Below, one piece after another: positions 59,690-64,000 of a stretch of 64,000 nt of DNA. Position 1 is the first letter of the stretch; every line of letters starts with the position of its first letter. The notes under the pieces are model-generated. The model was not told where the DNA came from, searched no databases, and saw only the letters and a list, made by a program, of their open reading frames with translations. The stretch is from Mobula birostris (taxonomy: Eukaryota): assembly GCF_030028105.1 (NCBI RefSeq), contig NC_092374.1, positions 174,864,057 to 174,928,056 of the forward strand, given 5' to 3'. The translations under genes were made by a program, and so were the position numbers.

Positions 59690-60510
59690 GGTCTTTAACC
59701 ATAGAAACAGACCCTCCAGACCACTATGCCTGTCCTAATCATCAATGACCAATCCACATTATTCCCATTCACTGACACCTGGTCCATAACCTTCTCCATC
59801 TTGGTTATTCAAGTACTTCTCAAGGTATTTCTTAAACATTGTGAGTCTGCCCGTCCGCCATCCCCCAAGTAGTGTGATCCAGGTTCCAAAACCCCCCACC
59901 CTCCGTATGAACATTCTTCCTTGGATCTCCTCTAAACCTCTTCACCATTGCCCAAACCCTGTCTCTCTAGTTTCAGACACGTTTGCCATGGGGCAGGTTT
60001 CAAACATGGACGACCCTGTCTTTGCCTGTAATGATTTTGTACGTCTATCAGGTCTCCCCTCAGCATCCTCCACTCCAAGGGAAGGGGTCTATCCATTCTC
60101 TCCTTCATAACCACACTGCTCCATCACAAACACCACCATGATGGATCCCTGCACCCTGTCCAGTGCGATTTCATCCTTTTCCCCTCCTTGGGGACCACAG
60201 ATGCTGATGGAATTTCTGACAATTCCGATGTTTCAGGGTACTTACTGAGAGCAATGGGCCACCTCATCCTGAATCTGGGTTATTCCATAGAGAAAGGAAC
60301 AGAATTAGGCCATTTGGCCCATCGTCTCTCTACTCTGCCACTTCATCATAGCTGATTATTTTCCCTTTCAGCCCCAATCTCCTTTCTTCTGCCTATAACC
60401 CTTAATACCCTGACTCATCAAGAAACTATCAATCTCTACCTTAAATATTCCCAATGACTTGGCCTCAACAGCCACCTGTGGCAGTGAATTCCACAGATTC
60501 ATCACTGTCT
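59690..60510 (-). mobile_element. Degenerate CR1 3' fragments
   Basis: RMLRGDLIDV and the CR1 3' UTR tail. Confidence 0.65.
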
Positions 60511-61287
60511 GCTGACAGATGACCCATATTGTTCATAAGAGAAACTCTTCTACATAATTCACAAACTCTGTTATCGAGGTGTGTTCACTTTGGGAAATGG
60601 TGTTTGAAGTAATGACTTTGTGTAAGGTCACTGCATTTGGTTTATCCTTCATGAAAGTTAAGTTCTATGGCTTTTTGAAGCCCAGAAAATGACTTTTGCA
60701 TTGATTATTCGCAAAATCCTACAGTATTATTTCAGCAACAAGCCTGCCCAGAGCTCCAGCAGGGGCACAGTCCCCTACAGCTGCAGGCCTGGACTCAGGA
60801 CCCTGGTCACAGCCACATCCAGCACAGCGAGACACTGCAGGACAGTGGGTACAGCCATCACCAGGAGTCAGTCCTAGGCATCTGAAATACGGAGAAACAC
60901 AGGCTATAGAGAGAGGCACACCGCATTCAGAAATACAGTGAGAGCCATGTTCTAAAGAGGGGGAGGGGAGAAAGAGTTGATTGGGGGTGAGGGGAAAGGG
61001 ATAAGGGAGGGGAGAGGAGGGGGAGAGGGAGAGGTGCAGGGGAGGAGGAGGGGAAAGGGTAGGAGGTGGGAGACAAAGGGGGAGGAGTGGGTGAATATAG
61101 GGGAGGATGTGGGAGGGGTTGAAGAGGAAGGGAGATGGAGTGGGAAGGGGTGGAGGGTGACTTTTGACACGTCTGCTGTCTAAAGTTGCCACTGTTATGG
61201 AATTTCCAGTGGTGCACTAACAAAGCATTGCAAGAACTTTTAGGTATGGTAAATTTCTATCAAAGATCACAATTTGGTGTGGTCTTT

Positions 61288-63700
61288 TGTTACGTAACCG
61301 GCAACAATGATTATCAACCGAGACAGGTTATATAAAAACAACCAAACATTTATTTATCTCCTTCCGAGATAAAGACAAATCTTTCTGGTCAGACCTACCA
61401 CCAAAATCCTGATCAAATAATGTAGGTAAGAAAGTTTCTGATACATCCTCAAAATTCGAATCTTGATTTGAGCAATCATGGGTAACAACCTCATCCTGTA
61501 CATCAATCTTTTTAGCCATAGCTCTTGTTACAACACAGGAACAATCTGTGTTAGAATCTCTCTGTGGTTCCTCAGACTTTGAATTTATTGTCAAATGCAC
61601 TTCAGGAAAAACTTGTTCACCTGCTAAATCATTCCCTAACAAAAGAGAAACATCATTCACAGGTAAACTGGGTTGTAGTCCTACTTTAACAACCCCTGTA
61701 ACTAATCCTGACCTTCAATTTACTCTATGTAAATGTACTGGCATACGGGCACTCCCAACTCATCTTATATAATTTACCTCACCAATGTCAGACTCACCAC
61801 TAAACTTTAGCACACTGTCTAATATTAGTGATTGAGAAGAGCCAGTATCTCTAAGTATTCTTATTGGTACTGAATTGGATCCATCTTTCAAGGATACAAA
61901 TCCTTTGGTTATAAAAGTTTCATATCCCTTTTTAACTTGGTCAGATTCTGACACGTCTTCATTAGTATTTTCTAAACCCTATGAATTTACAGGTGTTTCA
62001 ATCTGCTGCACACAAGCATCTGGGACTACTTCTTTCTCTTTCCTTCTCAATCGAAAGCAGTTAGCTACTACATGTCCAGGTTTCTTACAATAATTATAAA
62101 TAATATCAAAATATCTTTCCTTCACATGTCTCCCTTCATCCTTACTTTTCTCAGTAACTTCAGGTTAAATTTCTGGTTTACCTTGACTCTCTGTGCTATT
62201 TTTCCTTTTAAAAGTTCTACCTGGAGAAAATTTATTCTTATGAATTAAAGCATACTCATCAGCTAATTTAGCAGTTTCCTGCAATGTAGCAGTGTCCCTT
62301 TCATTTAAGTATGTTCTCTCTTCAACAGGGATGCTCCTTTTAAATTCCTCCTGCAAAATCAACTCTTTTAATTTATTATACTCCCCATTCACATTTTTAG
62401 AGGAAGCCCATCTCTCAAAACACACAGATTTCTGATAGGCAAATTCTGCATAAGTTTTTTTCCATAGATTTCTTCAAATCTCTGAATCTTTCTCGATACG
62501 CTTCCGGAGCCAACTCATATGCCTTTAATATATGCTGTTTAACAATATCATAATCCAGTGCTTGCTCAGCATTTAAAGCTGTATAAACTTGTTGTGCCTT
62601 GCCATTAATTACACTTTGTAACATCACTGACCATTGCTCTTTCGGCCACTTTAAACTCAGAGCAATAGTTTCAAAATGCTGGAAATATTTGTCCACTTCA
62701 GCTTCATTAAATGGAGGAGCCAAAATAACCTCACGACTAGCAATAAACTGTTTCTTAGAACCAGAAGACTGATTTCCCATCCTTAATTTCTCCATCTCTA
62801 GCTCAAATTTCCCCTGGTTTTCAGCTTCTCTTTCTTTAAATTCCCTTACTTTGCTCTCTATCTTCAAATTCCCTTTTTTATGGGCCTCTCTAGCCTCGAA
62901 TTCCTTCTCTTTATTTTCAGCTTCTAACCGACTTCTTTCCAAATCAGCTTCTAATTGCTTTAACTTTATTTGTTCAAGATGTAACTGCATTTCCAGATTA
63001 CTCATTGGAAACCTATCTAACACCTCATCATCAAACGTTTTCAAAGTAATATAATGCTCAGCGATTTTTTTTTTGTATTAAAGCCTTTGTGGTATTCTTC
63101 GCAATTCCTCAGACTTACCACCAAAATCCTGATCAAATAATGCAAGTAAGAAAGTTTCTGATACATCCTCAAAATTCGAATCTTGATTTGAGCAATCATG
63201 GGTAACAACCTCATCCTGTACATCAGTCTTTTTAGCCATAGCTCTTGTTACAACACAGGAAGAATCTGTGTTAGAATCCCACTGTGGTTCCTCAGAATTT
63301 GAATTTATTGTCAAATGCACTTCAGGAAAAACTTGTCCACCTGCTAAGTCATTCCCTAACAAAAGAGAAACATCATTCACAGGTAAATTGGATTGTAGTC
63401 CTACTTTAACAACCCCTGTAACTAATCCTGACCTTAAACTTACTCTATGTAAATGTACTGGCATACGGGCACTCCCAACTCATCTTATATAATTTACCTC
63501 ACCAATGTCAGACTCACCACTAAACTTTAGCACACTGTCTAATATTAGTGATTGAGAAGAGCCAGTATCTCTAAGTATTCTTATTGGTACTGAATTGGAT
63601 CCATCTTTCAAGGATACAAATCCTTCGGTTATAAAAGTTTCATATCCCTTTTTAACTTGGTCAGGCTCTGACACATCTTCATTAGTATTTTCTAAACCCT
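61288..63700 (-). mobile_element. Gypsy LTR retrotransposon remnant: gag (SCAN-type), knuckle, protease present twice, LTR 3' end
   Basis: PPFNEAEVDKYFQHFE...ELAPEAYRERFR; CKKPGHVVANC; ILRDTGSSQSL at about 61.85 and 63.58 kb; ...GTTACGTAACA terminus. Confidence 0.85.
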
Positions 63701-64000
63701 GTGGAGGAGCAACACCTCATATACCGTCTGGGTAGTCTCCAGCCCCTTGGTATGAACATAGAATTCTCCAACTTCTGGTAATTCCCTCCCCCTCCCTTCC
63801 CCTATCCCTATGTCACTCTGCCCCCTCCCCCAGCTGCCTATCACCTCGCTCATGGTTCTGCCTCCTTCTACCACCCATTGTGTTTTCCCCTATTCCTTCT
63901 TCACCTTTCCTGCCTATCACCTCCCTGCTTCCCCTCCCCCACCCCTTTATCTTTCTCCTTACTGGTTTTTCACCTGGAACCAACCAGCCTTCTCCTTCCC
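63701..64000 (+). mobile_element. Penelope 3' fragment (runs off the window)
   Basis: EEQHLIYRLGSLQPLGMNIEFSNF followed by the 3' UTR. Confidence 0.85.

Noticed and set aside
62415-63044. Host SCAN-domain gene
   Set aside because: It is flanked by knuckle, DTG protease and LTR end with frameshifts, so it is Gypsy gag.

Overview
Vertebrate genomic DNA, most likely a cartilaginous fish (ray/shark-type repeats and class I sequence; inferred, not verified), with one 643-base N gap (7988-8630). The main host gene is a plus-strand MHC class I heavy-chain gene of about 37 kb. It has an ISRE plus two X-X2-Y modules at 15.6-15.8 kb and a signal-peptide exon at 15930-15982 that is one base out of frame. 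The coding exons alpha1 (33520-33780), alpha2 (49389-49661), alpha3 (49911-50174), TM (50453-50554) and two cytoplasmic exons (51571-51615, 51884-51930) are intact, followed by a 3' UTR exon. Introns 1 and 2 (17.5 and 15.6 kb) are stacks of nested transposons. A second, oppositely oriented X-X2-Y promoter at 2.3 kb points to an unidentified gene left of the window. The rest is repeats: CR1, Rex1/Babar, L1, RTE, Penelope-like elements carrying minimal hammerhead ribozymes, hAT MITEs, solo LTRs, a decayed ERV with a tRNA-Ser primer site, a Gypsy gag-protease remnant, SINEs and several minisatellites. All calls come from manual reading; no database search was run.
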